From the NCBI GenBank assembly GCA_963693365.1, contig CAVNZM010000001.1, positions 13,936,418 through 14,000,417 of the forward strand: a stretch of 64,000 nt of DNA, in the 5' to 3' direction. The translations under genes were made by a program, and so were the position numbers. The notes beneath the pieces are model-generated. The model did no database searches, was not told the origin of the DNA, and saw only the letters and a program-made list of their open reading frames with translations. Below are positions 1 to 19,567 of this stretch, one piece after another (the stretch's first letter is position 1; the number at the start of each line of letters is the position of its first letter). Origin of the DNA: Amoebidium appalachense (taxonomy: Eukaryota > Protista > Ichthyosporea).

Positions 1-148
1 AATAACGTTTAGTCGTCGATGGCTAATATGAATGGGGCAAAATGCCCCTCCCCCTGCTTCCTTTAGCCCCTCTCTTCCGTTCATGCTAATTAGTCAGGTC
101 ATGATAACCAGCAGAGTGCAAGTGTGCGTGCACAGTGCACGAGTGCAG

Positions 149-837
149 ATGGCCACACACAAATCTATCAAGTTTTCGAATTATTAGCATCCAAATATTT
201 CCACCCTGTTGTTACGGTAGTGTCTCTGAATGCCCGAAAGACTTGTTTACAGGATGTCGTTTTTCTTATGTTTTTCCATTTTTCGATTTGAAATCCCATT
301 CCCCCCCAATCCCCCCCCCCCCCCCCCCCAAAAAAAAAGACCCCCCCTGTCTTCCTTTTTCTCTCCTTTTTAAGGAGATATATACTCGCTTTCAATACTT
401 CCCCCCCCCCCCCCCTTTTTTTTTTGTGAGTGTGCGTGCACAGGGAGTGGGTGTGCGCGCGCGTGTGCGTGTGTGTATGGGGCGGTGGTGATTGGGGGGG
501 GGGAGATATGCTAAGAAAGGTACTCCCTTCTGACTTTCCGTTCTTTATATACCATATATCATTACCTGTAAAGCCAATAACAACTGTAAGACAACCCTGA
601 TGTATATATGTTGCACAGACTGGGTCTGTGCTGTAAACATGAATTATTACATCCTCTCATAGTATGAGGAATGATTTCTCCATAGTCAAAAAGCTTGCAT
701 TTTCCCTCCTCCTCCTTCTCCCTACCCTCCCTCCTCCCTTCCCACAAAAAAAAAAAAAAAAATCATCCTTTCTGAGGCTTTTTCGTGAGATCCCTTGGTG
801 CTGTGTTGTGTGTGTAGGCACCACCATATGTATGGAC

Positions 838-880
<43 letters not shown>

Positions 881-1649
881 ATGTGTGCGCGCTCGTTTGT
901 GTGTGCATGTGCGCATGTGTGCATGTGGGTGGGTGGGTGTTTGGGTGGGGTGTTTGGTGGGAGGGCCGCCCGGGGTGTGTAGACATGTACATGGAGGTGT
1001 GGCACACAGGTGCTTGTGTTTTGCAGTGAACAGATGCACCTGTACATGTGCACATACGTTTACGACTCGGCAACGTGCAACTCAACAGCATACGTAAGTT
1101 TACCCAAAAACAAACCATGCTCCATGCACATGCTGAGAACGCGATTCACACTTGAACATGTACAAGAAGTTTGAAAGTGATAAACCACAAGGAAATTCCA
1201 GCTCGGGGGTAGGACTCCTTTTTATACAGTTACTGCATCTGCCTAAGCTAGGCTAAGAACATCATGCAGCTGTTGGTCAAGAACTTGAACATGTTTGAAA
1301 TCGTCCAAAACAAGTTCTGCTGCACCATCACATCAGCGGTTCGCGAACACCTTTGAAATTAATTACTAATGCAATGCAGGTATTCTTGCAATTGCAGGCA
1401 CTGTACCACTTGCTAGTAGGCAAAAGCCAGATGCTAAAGTAAGTGGCCAAACCGGCCCTAGCGAAACCCTCCCCCAACTAGTAGCTACCAATGGTGCACC
1501 TCCCTTCCTCCCTTTTCCCCCCCAACCACCCCCTCCCCCCGAGTCCTCCCGCCCCCCCCTCCCACACACGCACAGACTTTCAAGACACGCACACGCACAA
1601 CACGCGCACAACAACGCACAACACGCACACGCACACGCACACGCACACA

Positions 1650-1692
<43 letters not shown>

Positions 1693-1817
1693 ATACCATA
1701 CACACACACGCGCGCGCGCGCACACACACACGCGCGCGCGCGCGCACGCACACACACGTTTCTCACACACGTGCACAGGCACACACACACACACACACAC
1801 ACATTTCTCACATACGT

Positions 1818-1872
<55 letters not shown>

Positions 1873-2093
1873 CACACACGCGTGTTTGTCAAGAGTCACA
1901 CACCAAAAAAACAACCGAATGGCGTTCCAATCACAAACTGAGCAATAATTGGTGTAATATCATGCAGGCTCACGACGTTTTAATACCTCCTACACTCTAA
2001 TAGTTTTCATTTTTCCGTAGCTTTTTAAGACTTCATCAGCTGGCATCAATTCTTTTTGAAAATTACTCAATCGATAAAACCCCAGGACCTTGA
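149..2093 (+). CDS. 3' portion of an unidentified spliced gene (5' end lies before the window)
   Basis: Five AG/GT-bounded exons with consistent phases: 149-216, 1034-1093, 1252-1338, 1380-1438, 2021-2093 (TGA). Translation: ..GHTQIYQVFELLASKYFHPVVT|MHLYMCTYVYDSATCNSTAY|AKNIMQLLVKNLNMFEIVQNKFCCTITSA|VFLQLQALYHLLVGKSQMLN|FLRLHQLASILFENYSIDKTPGP*. No family recognised, so the model rests on splice signals and open frames only. Confidence 0.5.
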
Positions 2094-3289
2094 CAGACCT
2101 TCCACGGTCATCGCACTGTATGTCAACAAATATATAGCACTTCCAGCTAATGTTTCATCAAGACACGGCCTGAATATGTGCCATGGACAGTTTTTCGTCA
2201 AGACCAAAGCCACTATGAACAAAGCAACTGATTAGGATCCAGGAGGAAGGTCTTTCTTTACCTTTAGGGTCATCTATCAACAGAAGGAGTTTAGGAGGTG
2301 GCTTCGAAGTGCCCTTTATGACGTCATCAACCCGCAGGCACATCATTATCATGGTGCCTGTTGAATGCCCTGCCGGCATACGCACGAGTATATGGTACAC
2401 ACTGTACACCTTCAAAAGTAGTATTTATGAAACGAATGACGTAAAAACAGATATTAATAATTTAAAATAAAACTTTTTTTCCTAGGTGAGCGCAAGGAGA
2501 CACAAGTAAGCCTCCTATGGCGTGACGGTGTGCGCTGCCGGGCGACCAGTGCACGGAAGGTTCATGACGTCACGATTACCTTACCCAGAAGAGCGATGGC
2601 ACGGCGCCCGGGCCCAGCAGTCATGCACTCTGTCATCCACCGGGCGTCTGCACAAAAAAAAAACTAAGATACCAAACATCCTGTCTGGCAAAAACAAGGG
2701 TAGATGTTTATGATTCTGCCAAGTTTACCATTTACCAACCGCTGATATGCTATTTTTGTATACCAACGGAAAAGAGTTGTAGCTAAAAATAGTATGTACT
2801 GTACAGGCTGTGAGCTACCCATTCACCCATCACCTTGCGAGTCAATAGAACGTTGTGTGGTTAGTTTCGATGAGACACTAAACTAGTAATTTAGTAATTA
2901 CCAGCGTTCCTACTCTTTAATTATTCGAGAGTGCGTCCTCCTCTTCCGCCCCTCCCCTTCCCCTTCCTTCCACACACGCACACACACATGCACACACACA
3001 CGCACACACACACACACGCGCGCACTGATGCAAGTATGCAAGCGTACCACCTTTGCCTTTTTCTCCTTCCATTTTTCCAATGAAAAAACCGAAACGACTT
3101 GTAGTTATCAGGTTGTATCCTCATAGGAGCTAATTTGATACTAGAAGGGCAAGGGACTATCTGCCTCATCTATAAACGAAATCAGTCTTCTTCTTGAAAA
3201 AAATCAAGTTATCGTTTTAATCTTTCTTTCTTTTTTTTTTTTATGCATCCGTGTTTGTCCTGCAAGAGGTACTAGAAACAAAGACGCGC

Positions 3290-10857
<7,568 letters not shown>

Positions 10858-12437
10858 GTACGTGCATTAAGCAAGCAAGAAGATACCCCTAGCCTCCCCT
10901 TTATCCTTTTCGAATAGTGGGTTCTGTTTGTGTTGCATATCTGTGTTGCGTTGCCTCCTTGTACTACCTTGGATGTCATATACCGTGTGGTACATTCGAA
11001 CTTCACCCCCTTCCCCCCCCCTCCCCCCCCCCCCTCCCCCCCTCCCCCCTTCCCCCGGGCGCTCCGTGCCCGCCTCGCACACACACCCATGAAGTCGTAC
11101 ATGAACGAACGTGCAACTATTCTTGCGCACACGAGAGCGCACGTGGAGGCACACACTCTCTCACACACATTCACACACTCTCTCTCCCATTCACTCTGAC
11201 TCACTTACATACACTCACTTGTACGTGCACGTACACACAGACACCCCCCCCCCCCCCACACACACACGTACACACTCAAGGCCTGGGCACTAATGGTGCA
11301 CGCACCTGCACACACTTTGCTTCTACAGTACCCGCTGTTAATCTTATCTCTCCTAGTAACCCTCCGTTGTAATCATACCCCCTCGTCCTAACAATAACTT
11401 ACCCCAAAAATCACCTTGCGTTCTGAGAATGCCACTTCAATATCTTCCTCCTTGCCCATCGCCACCTCCTCCCTTCCCCCCCCCCCCCCCCCTCCTTCCT
11501 CCCTTCCTCCCTTCCCCCCCCCCCCCCCCCCCCTCCCCCTTACCTTCGGTTTCCTTATGGGTGAATTCACCAGCAGGAAATTGGCCTACAGTACAAAACA
11601 CAATACTGACACCAATCATTTATTTTGCCCCCCCTCCACAGCTATTTGACGAATTCAAGGTTGGGGTAAAGAGACGAAGGACGAGCCTCAACAAGTCGAC
11701 TTATCTGTAAACTTACGACCCAACTATGGAAATTTTTGGAATTGAGACGGCACGGTTTTTTTCTACCTTAAACCTGTGAGGTCTGCTGGCGATTTGATTG
11801 GCTCGATCAATGCGACAATCGCCGATTGTGCCGAACGATAGTGTGATTGTGCAAATTGAGTCGACGAACCTTGTTGGTAGGTTACGACTGGTTTTTTGGA
11901 CCGATTCGTACACACGGCGCCCCTGAAATCGGGCGATATGCGGGGGCCTTTAGATTTTTGCGTGCGGGGGCCTTTAGATTTTTTTGTGCGGCATGTGCAA
12001 ATTCACCTGTGTGCAGTTTTTGGATACGCGTTTTGCTATAGTGCCATGAAATTTTCGCGGGATTTGGCTGCTGTATCATACGCAACGGCAATTGTGTGGA
12101 CCGTTCATTTGGCTGCACCACCTGTATATACTGTAATACGAGAATTTCCCGGGTTTTTTTTGTTGCGAAAATTGGAAAACGCCCGTGTGCATAGAATATC
12201 TTAGTTGTCGCCGTCTTAGTTGGGTTTCTACCCTTTTGTTTAGCAAATTCTATAGGGTTTTATGCGTCTTTTATGGAGTCGCGATTTTGTGGGGAAATGG
12301 AAGCATTGCACGTGATTTTTCGCTTGGGCATGCGTGTGCGTACATGTGTGGGTGTGTGTGTGTGTGTGAGCACGTGTGTGGGCATGCCTTGGAGAGCGGT
12401 GGGGTGGTGGGGTTGGGCTTTTGTGGGTGGTGGTGGT

Positions 12438-12488
<51 letters not shown>

Positions 12489-13347
12489 ATTGGTGGTATG
12501 TAGCAGTATAGAAATTGTAAGTAACATTATGGTTGACGATGGGTAGTTAAGAGTTCTTGTTGGTTGATGGCAATGACCATGACATGCTGTATCTACCTAT
12601 ATTAATTTCGGATGATAAATATCATATCAGGGTGTGTTGCACGATGTTATACTCGGACTGTAGTATACAGCTCTAGTACTAGGTAGCCATTATGGCGAAT
12701 TTGATAAAAACGTTAGAGCAAAACCTGACTAAGAAACGGGCCCGAGTCCTGTACTAGGATTCTGTTTGGAATGATAACACCAGCCAAATAAAGACCGAAA
12801 TAAAGGCCGCCTCTCTAGTTATGCGTGCGAGTGAACGTTTACATACAGACGCTGTAACATCATGATTTGATCATATCGATACATAGCCGCATGCATGCAC
12901 GTGCGCAAACAGTCCCCGACACAAAGACTCAGAATGCACACACGCCTCTCACGGTGACCCTGTGTCTGTAAGGGGCACCGTACAAAAAAGGTGCATAGGC
13001 CAGCACTGCGACCGCTGTCGATCGGGCTCACGGTCAGTATTACCGTATATTCAGGCTTTCCGGCCAGGATTTTTTTTTTTTAGAGTCTTCATTAATTCAC
13101 ACACGTACACATGTAGTGTGATCACGGCCTTTGTCATGTTTGTTACGTGGCAGCGCAAATGCGTACGCACGTTGCTTACACATCCACGCGTTTATTTTTT
13201 CCGTCTTATCGGAAACCGTTGAATCAAATTATCCGTTCGTTCCGTGGAAAAACTGCCAGAAGGAAAAAATACAACTAAATACTATATGAGCCATTCGTAA
13301 TGTGACTTTTTCAAATGATGTTTGTGGCATACTATTCGGGACCGAAC

Positions 13348-13390
<43 letters not shown>

Positions 13391-14289
13391 CCCCTTCCTC
13401 CCGTAGCTCCCTCCCTCGAGATCTCTCCGGATCCCTCCCTCGCATCCCTCCCTCGGGCCGGTTGCATATAATTTAATTTCTCCCCACGCTTGTAAGTAGC
13501 TTCTAACATCTGGATATCAAGTTCCTAAATAGCTACTATGAGCCTCTTGCTTTTTATGATTTTGTATCGCATAGTAATTTTGTCATATTTTGCATGTTCG
13601 AAAGATCCGGCCAGCTCTGGTCCCCGTTATTAAATGCGGTTATGTAATCAACCCGGACCCCCTCGATCTTTGGCCTTCAATTTGTCACTCCAGCGCGTGC
13701 CAATTCGAATATCGTACTACCAACACTTACATAAATCAATAAAAATTAACTTTAAGTTAAAAATCTTAACCCAGTACAAAATGCGCTAATCAGCTCCGCA
13801 CAGTGAGGATTGCACAGTAGACCACGAGGTACGCAGCATTGACATCCCGTGAATTGTCAACATTTTCCGAATCCTTTCCAAATTTAAAGCATGATGATAA
13901 ACGATTGTACCAACGGTTCGTACATGTGCGTGTGGCAGCGCATTTGACACTCACTGGGTCGTTGCCATTATGTAACCTTTTTAAAAAAAATTTAAAAGAA
14001 AAATAAAATACAAAGATGTGGCGCCCAGTGGGCCACTCACTCACACTCGAGCACTGGCACGTGACTCTGTGAAGCCAAACCCAAAAAAAAATAACTGCTC
14101 AAAAACTTAAAATAATTGTGGCATAGGTCCAGCTATGCCCATCAATATAAACTTTAAACGCTATTGTGTACCAATTATTAAACACTGTCTTTAAATCGCT
14201 TAGTATTGTCCCATGGTATTCAACTTGAACGAGATTATATATCAATCACCCTTGTAATTTAGTTTAACTTTAAACAAAGCGAGATATAA

Positions 14290-14796
14290 ATCCAAGAGGT
14301 TATCTGCATTGCCGACATCAACTCTCTTACAGTGCAGTATTACTACAAGTTGAAATCAGAATACATTTCAGAGTTCTAACTTTAAAAAGGATGAGTTATA
14401 GGAGAGACTATCTGAAACCCTGACATCAGCTTAAACCGTAGTATTGTGCCATACGGTAGTATTAAACAAAATCATTACACTCTTACAACAGTGTGAGGTA
14501 TACATCCGAGAGACTATCTAAAACCGCCACCATTATGTAAAACTCTCCTGTATTTAGTTAGCACAAAATAAAAGAATGGCCACAATACCTCTTTTGAAGC
14601 GTGTAACGTTTGAACAATTTTAAGGGAAAAAAACACGAGGGACTATCTGAAACAAATAAAAACTCTACCGTTACAGCGTTCAAATAGCATCAAACAAAAC
14701 TTTAACCCAGATTAAGCCTTTTACAAATTTAACCTTTTTAACAGGGCCCAATGCCATCGGTTAAAAATCCGAGAGACTATCCGAAACCGCCGCCAG
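14290..14796 (-). repeat. Spaced array of five ~20-30-bp degenerate motifs; the last copy is the coding 3' end of the adjacent gene
   Basis: + strand consensus ATCCGAGAGACTATCTGAAACCGCC at about 14290, 14402, 14504, 14636 and 14767, with a period of about 106-134 bp and mostly dissimilar AT-rich spacers. Confidence 0.75.
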
Positions 14797-16602
14797 CACC
14801 AGCGAATCCTGGTCGTTTAACCTAATGTAGGCCTGCAAATAATTCTGCAGCCACGGCTGCTGGTTAACCTTTTCCGCCTCACTCGCCAACAATTTTGCCG
14901 CGGTATGTCGACAGGACAAGGACAGCGTACGTCTCAGCGGCGTATGATGGGTCAAGTCATTGACCTCATCCACACCGTTGCCCCCGAGCCCAAAATTGCC
15001 GTCCGACTCTACCAACATTAAGTTGTGATGGTGGTCCCTCGGTACGCTGGTAAAACTCGCTCTACCGAGCCCCTCCGAGTGGTGGCCTAACCGCGTGCCG
15101 CGTCTCAGACTACTCGTTGCACGCACACTGTTGCTTCGTCTCAATCTCGTTGTAAGGTGCTCCTCCTCGTGACTGCGACATTCGCGACACTGTACCTCGG
15201 TACTAGTATCATTATTATTGGCGGTAGATTCTGTCGTGGGGTTGCTTTCATCATCATGAGACTCTGACTTGCTGTCATGCCGAGGCGACCACAAACTGAA
15301 TCTTCGCCACGACTCAAAGGGAGGAATAAACGTCGTGGAATGGCACCTCCTGCGCAGGCTAAGGCTCCGTTCTGGGCGATCCGAGCGTGCGTGTTTCATC
15401 GGACTGGCTCCGGCACTCGCACACCGCTGCAGCTCTCTCTCTCCCATGGCTAGTGCAAGGTCGTCCCGTGCACAATTGCAAGCATCCGTTGTTCGATCGG
15501 TAGCTGTGTTGGGCCGATCCTCTTCTGACGATGTCAAAACCCCACCAGAACCGCCTGTGCACTTTTCACGGCGAGTTAGTTGTGCTAGAATGGGCAAAGG
15601 GTACGACGATTCGTGGGTGTGTTCGTGTGCCCCCGCAGTTCTCTGCGGAATCGTCAATGGACAAAGGGGCGAAGAAGTCAACTTGCACAAGGGTGCTTTA
15701 ACGGTGCCGCTTGAGGTGGTCATCGGCTCTGAGGGGATCCGACCCGTCTCTGCTAAAGAAACCGTTGGACGGAGATCATTAGTTTTCAGCAGTTCGGTGT
15801 ATTGCTGGGTAGTAGAAGGTTTCAGTAGGTCTCCATCGGAGCCGCTGCGAACGCGGGTGCGCATGGGGGCGGGCATGAGCAACGACAAACGTGAAGCTAG
15901 CCGCAGCAACCGGTTTGGTTTGCTCTCCGAAGCAGATGTCGTGGTGACTGTCCCGGAAACTAACACTTCAACGTCGTTATTTGTCGGTGTTTTACCTCTG
16001 ACATTATTAATCACTAAAGTTGTTCTCGCGTCACGCCTAGATGGGTGGTCGTGTTCGTCCCTCATTGCAATGATTTCTGATGATGCATCCTCACACTGTT
16101 TGCCTTTGGAGATTTCATTTTCAGTCTCATTCGCACATGTGTTCTTGTCTCCTAGCCCAGCGCTTGGTATCTTGGGCCAACGAAAAACAGTCGACGATGC
16201 TGTGCTGGTGGGAGTTCCCATCACCCCATCAACAGAAAAATCACTTGGCATGGACTTTGCAGGTGTGCATGATTCTTTCTGTTGGATACAGAGTCCATCT
16301 GTGAACCTCGGAGAGGGAATAGACTTAACAGCACCTACGACGTCGATCACATCCTTATCCGTAGGACGGGCTTTCGCGGTCAAGTTTGGCAGCAAAATGG
16401 TTCGTAGGGCGCGGCTAATGCGCCTGGTGCATGCATGGCGCGTTGGTGTGAAAAAAGGAATTCGTGCATAATTGTGGGGACTAAGCTTTCTCGGAAATGG
16501 TTGTTCGGAGTCGCTGCATTTCGACTCATGATCACGTGCACTAGCGCTGTGATATCGCCAGGGAGACCACGGTCTAAGCCCACAAAGGTTTTTATGGGTC
16601 AT
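14761..16602 (-). CDS. Intronless Ser/Thr/Arg-rich, largely disordered protein of unknown function (~613 aa)
   Basis: 1.86-kb open frame (ORF 14761-16620, first ATG near 16602) in a microsatellite-free zone. Many basophilic kinase-type sites (RVRSGS, RRRCHS, RRFS, RRSNS, RRTLS) and a short, probably helical C-terminus (PWLQNYLQAYIRLNDQDSLVLAAVSDSLSDF). No family recognised. Confidence 0.75.
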   Translation of the reverse strand: MTHKNLCGLRPWSPWRYHSASARDHESKCSDSEQPFPRKLSPHNYARIPFFTPTRHACTRRISRALRTILLPNLTAKARPTDKDVIDVVGAVKSIPSPRFTDGLCIQQKESCTPAKSMPSDFSVDGVMGTPTSTASSTVFRWPKIPSAGLGDKNTCANETENEISKGKQCEDASSEIIAMRDEHDHPSRRDARTTLVINNVRGKTPTNNDVEVLVSGTVTTTSASESKPNRLLRLASRLSLLMPAPMRTRVRSGSDGDLLKPSTTQQYTELLKTNDLRPTVSLAETGRIPSEPMTTSSGTVKAPLCKLTSSPLCPLTIPQRTAGAHEHTHESSYPLPILAQLTRREKCTGGSGGVLTSSEEDRPNTATDRTTDACNCARDDLALAMGERELQRCASAGASPMKHARSDRPERSLSLRRRCHSTTFIPPFESWRRFSLWSPRHDSKSESHDDESNPTTESTANNNDTSTEVQCRECRSHEEEHLTTRLRRSNSVRATSSLRRGTRLGHHSEGLGRASFTSVPRDHHHNLMLVESDGNFGLGGNGVDEVNDLTHHTPLRRTLSLSCRHTAAKLLASEAEKVNQQPWLQNYLQAYIRLNDQDSLVLAAVSDSLSDF

Positions 16603-17847
16603 CTTTCTGCGTGTGTGCACACATGCGCAATCGTTTCCGTGTTTGTAGTTATTAAGGTTGTGGTGTAATTATAAGTGGTGCAAGGCAGTTGAAACCCAGA
16701 TTCTGCTTGTAAGGTTTGCGTTCTCATTTCTTAGAATGCATTGGAAGTTTCAAGGCCGGTGCGTCGGTTGCTTCTGGCTAGGACTTGAAGCATTCATGTA
16801 TTTACAAGCTATACAGCTGAGGTGTATGTCTATCATTATCACTCATAATAAGTACAGGTGACTCACAACGTACGGTGGTGTGACTGGCCACGTCACAGCT
16901 CAGCTAGGGACACTGCAAGCCAAAAGAAGGAATTCAGTTCGTTGGCCAGATAGGAATGTGTGAATGCACTAGTTGTGAACGGCCGTTTGTACACTATTAA
17001 TATTCGTCAGTGGAATTCGAAGTGACCAAGGGAAGGCTTCTCCAGCATGCATGAAAGTCTTTTACACTATATATACATACATAAAAACATTGGCATAGAA
17101 GTAGTTTCAAAAGAGGCTCGACGCAATTTGCAAAACCTGGGCTGGGTGATGATACATAATTATGAGTCGAATGGATGCGTGCGTGACTCCCGATCGGTGG
17201 CGTGATGCCACGGTGTACGCGGAACGCATGCATGCACGTGAACGATAGCTGAACCGCCCATGCGCGACCCAACAGCTGGCAAGCCGAAGCTGTCATATTT
17301 ACAGCTAATTAAAAACTTTCTTTTGGGTACATAGTGCTAGAGGCAGTTTACTGTTGCCCACAAATTAAGTTCATAAAACGCATGAGACTGGTCAAGTAGT
17401 ACTGTACTGTTTCGAACGCTGTGATCGAAGGCATTTGATCGCTAACGTGTGTCATTCTAATGAGAGATATGCATTTACATATAAATGTATGTTTTCAGTC
17501 GTGAATTCATGAATAAGCAGCAAATGTGTTCCTTTGATTGAACATGCGCTTATGATTTCACGTACCGAATACACTCGGATACATATGCATATTGATCGAT
17601 CGACATGGGTGACCCACAGGACGCGTACGCGTAACTTCCACAGACGGAAGGGACTTGGCTCCTGGTTAACGCCATAAACTATTAACCCTATAACCATGGA
17701 AACTCAGTGAGCATAACGTCATATGTAGGCTATAAAATAGCATGAATCTGCTAGGCTACAGTACAATGTGAGTACATCTGGCCTTGCTCTGAACGTTGCA
17801 AGTTGCAGTCTGGGCGACCATGGAAGCATTCCATTCCGATATGAGGT

Positions 17848-17937
17848 CAGGGTTCGAATTCCGTTTTTGAATTTTTCGGAATTCCCCAAGCCCAACCCAC
17901 CCTTTTGGAATCGCCCAAAAAACTTTCGGAACTTCAC

Positions 17938-17987
<50 letters not shown>

Positions 17988-18083
17988 GGGGGGCTGATAC
18001 TCATGCGTCGGTGCTCAGAGGCAAGCATGCATGTGCTCCCCTCTCCTCCGGATCCCCCTTCTTTCCCCACTGCTCCCCCCCTC

Positions 18084-18128
<45 letters not shown>

Positions 18129-18203
18129 AGCCATTCGATACGCATGGAAGGCTTTCCAAAAAGTTTCGGAAATTCCCAAACGTTTTTCCGGAATCGAACC
18201 CTG
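17848..18203. mobile_element. Non-autonomous hAT-type DNA transposon (MITE)
   Basis: TIRs CAGGGTTCGAATTCCG (17848) and CGGAATCGAACCCTG (ends 18203). Left flank TATGAGGT (17840-17847); right flank TATGAGGC (18204-18211) then TATGAGGT (18216-18223). An 8-bp TSD with CAG termini is typical of hAT elements. Subterminal TTTCGGAA motifs; no ORF. Confidence 0.85.
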
Positions 18204-19031
18204 TATGAGGCCCTGTATGAGGTGCAACCGTGCATGCCAGTGCGATAAAAATTAACGAGGACGACTAAAACCTTTGTGAAAAGCAATTTCCGTGTACACG
18301 CTAATGTATAATACACTGTACACACGAAATACCCAATTGAAACGTACACGTGCACTGAGGCCCGTATATAAAACTTATCCTCGGTCTTCTGTTAATGGTT
18401 ATATCTACCTTTTTAAGTCTTTATATTTTTTAGGCTCGGTGAATTCATGTATATGCTGTGTCTTACTGTGCATGCGGCCCACTGGATTCTTATATGGAAT
18501 TCCTTCCAAATCCTTCGACATTATTGGCAGCGCTGACCTGGGGAACAAAAAAAAAAAAAAAAAAAAAAAAAAGAAAGTTCAAACCACGGCCCTCTGGAAC
18601 ACCCGGCCTTGGTGCAGCTCGTCACTCGTGAGCCACAATCCAGCGGTAAATGGTGCACGATCACTATTGCCCGCTGCCCGACTACATAGTAGACACGGCC
18701 GGAGCAGTGTATACCTTGCCCTTTTTTTTGGTAGTGGCCGTGCCAACACAAATGTTCACATAGTAACAAAGCATAAAACACACAAAAAGCACTTATCTAG
18801 GTACACTTCTGAAAGACGGGCCACCTATTTATACTAAAAACCAACACCTTTGTTTCCTTTGGGGCTTACTCATACACCCACTGCTTCAGTCTAACTATAT
18901 ATATGCCGTGGGGCCGGTCGAACCGAGATCTCCCTCGCCACTGCTTGTTGAAAAGGAGCACCGGTGTTTAAGAACGGTGGCTCTGGTTGTGGTGGTGGTG
19001 GGTGGGGGCGGAGGGGTGTTTGTGTATGTGT

Positions 19032-19082
<51 letters not shown>

Positions 19083-19524
19083 GAAGGTCATGGTAGAAGG
19101 ACCAAAAGCGAAATTCCAACCTAAGAGGTGCTGAAGGGGAAACTAGTTGAAAGCGAAAAAAAAGAGCGCCAGCGACACCCCAGCTGCCAGCTGAAGGGGA
19201 AAGAATGGGGCGGGAGGGAAAAGCAGGTCGATAGGAGAAGGTAGGGATAGAGAGTGAGAGGGTGGGGGGAGGGGGGAGGGGGGGGGGGGAAGGGGGGGAG
19301 AGAGAGAGAGAGAGTGAGAGAGAGAGAGAGAGAGGGAGAGAGAGAGTGAGAAAGAGGAGAGAGAGCTCGAGGGGGGAGAGCGAGGGAAAGTAGACGGAGA
19401 GACGGGGAGAGAGTTTGTGAGGGAGGGATTTCAAACTAACTCGGAGAGAGAGCACGGGGGGGACTCCTCGGAGAGGGAGAAGGGGAGACTCTCTCACATA
19501 CACAGAGAGAAAGGGGGGGGGGGG

Positions 19525-19567
<43 letters not shown>

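Noticed and set aside
563-631. Possible - strand exon (QTQSVQHIYIRVVLQLLLALQ)
   Set aside because: No phase-linked partner exons were found, and it conflicts with the five-exon + strand model.
14290-14796. CRISPR array or Fanzor/OMEGA locus
   Set aside because: Repeats are degenerate, spacers are ~80-110 nt, there are no cas genes, and the adjacent protein lacks recognisable RuvC or zinc-finger motifs.
15269-16471. 400-aa + strand ORF
   Set aside because: Antisense shadow of the longer - strand ORF, with no recognisable motif.
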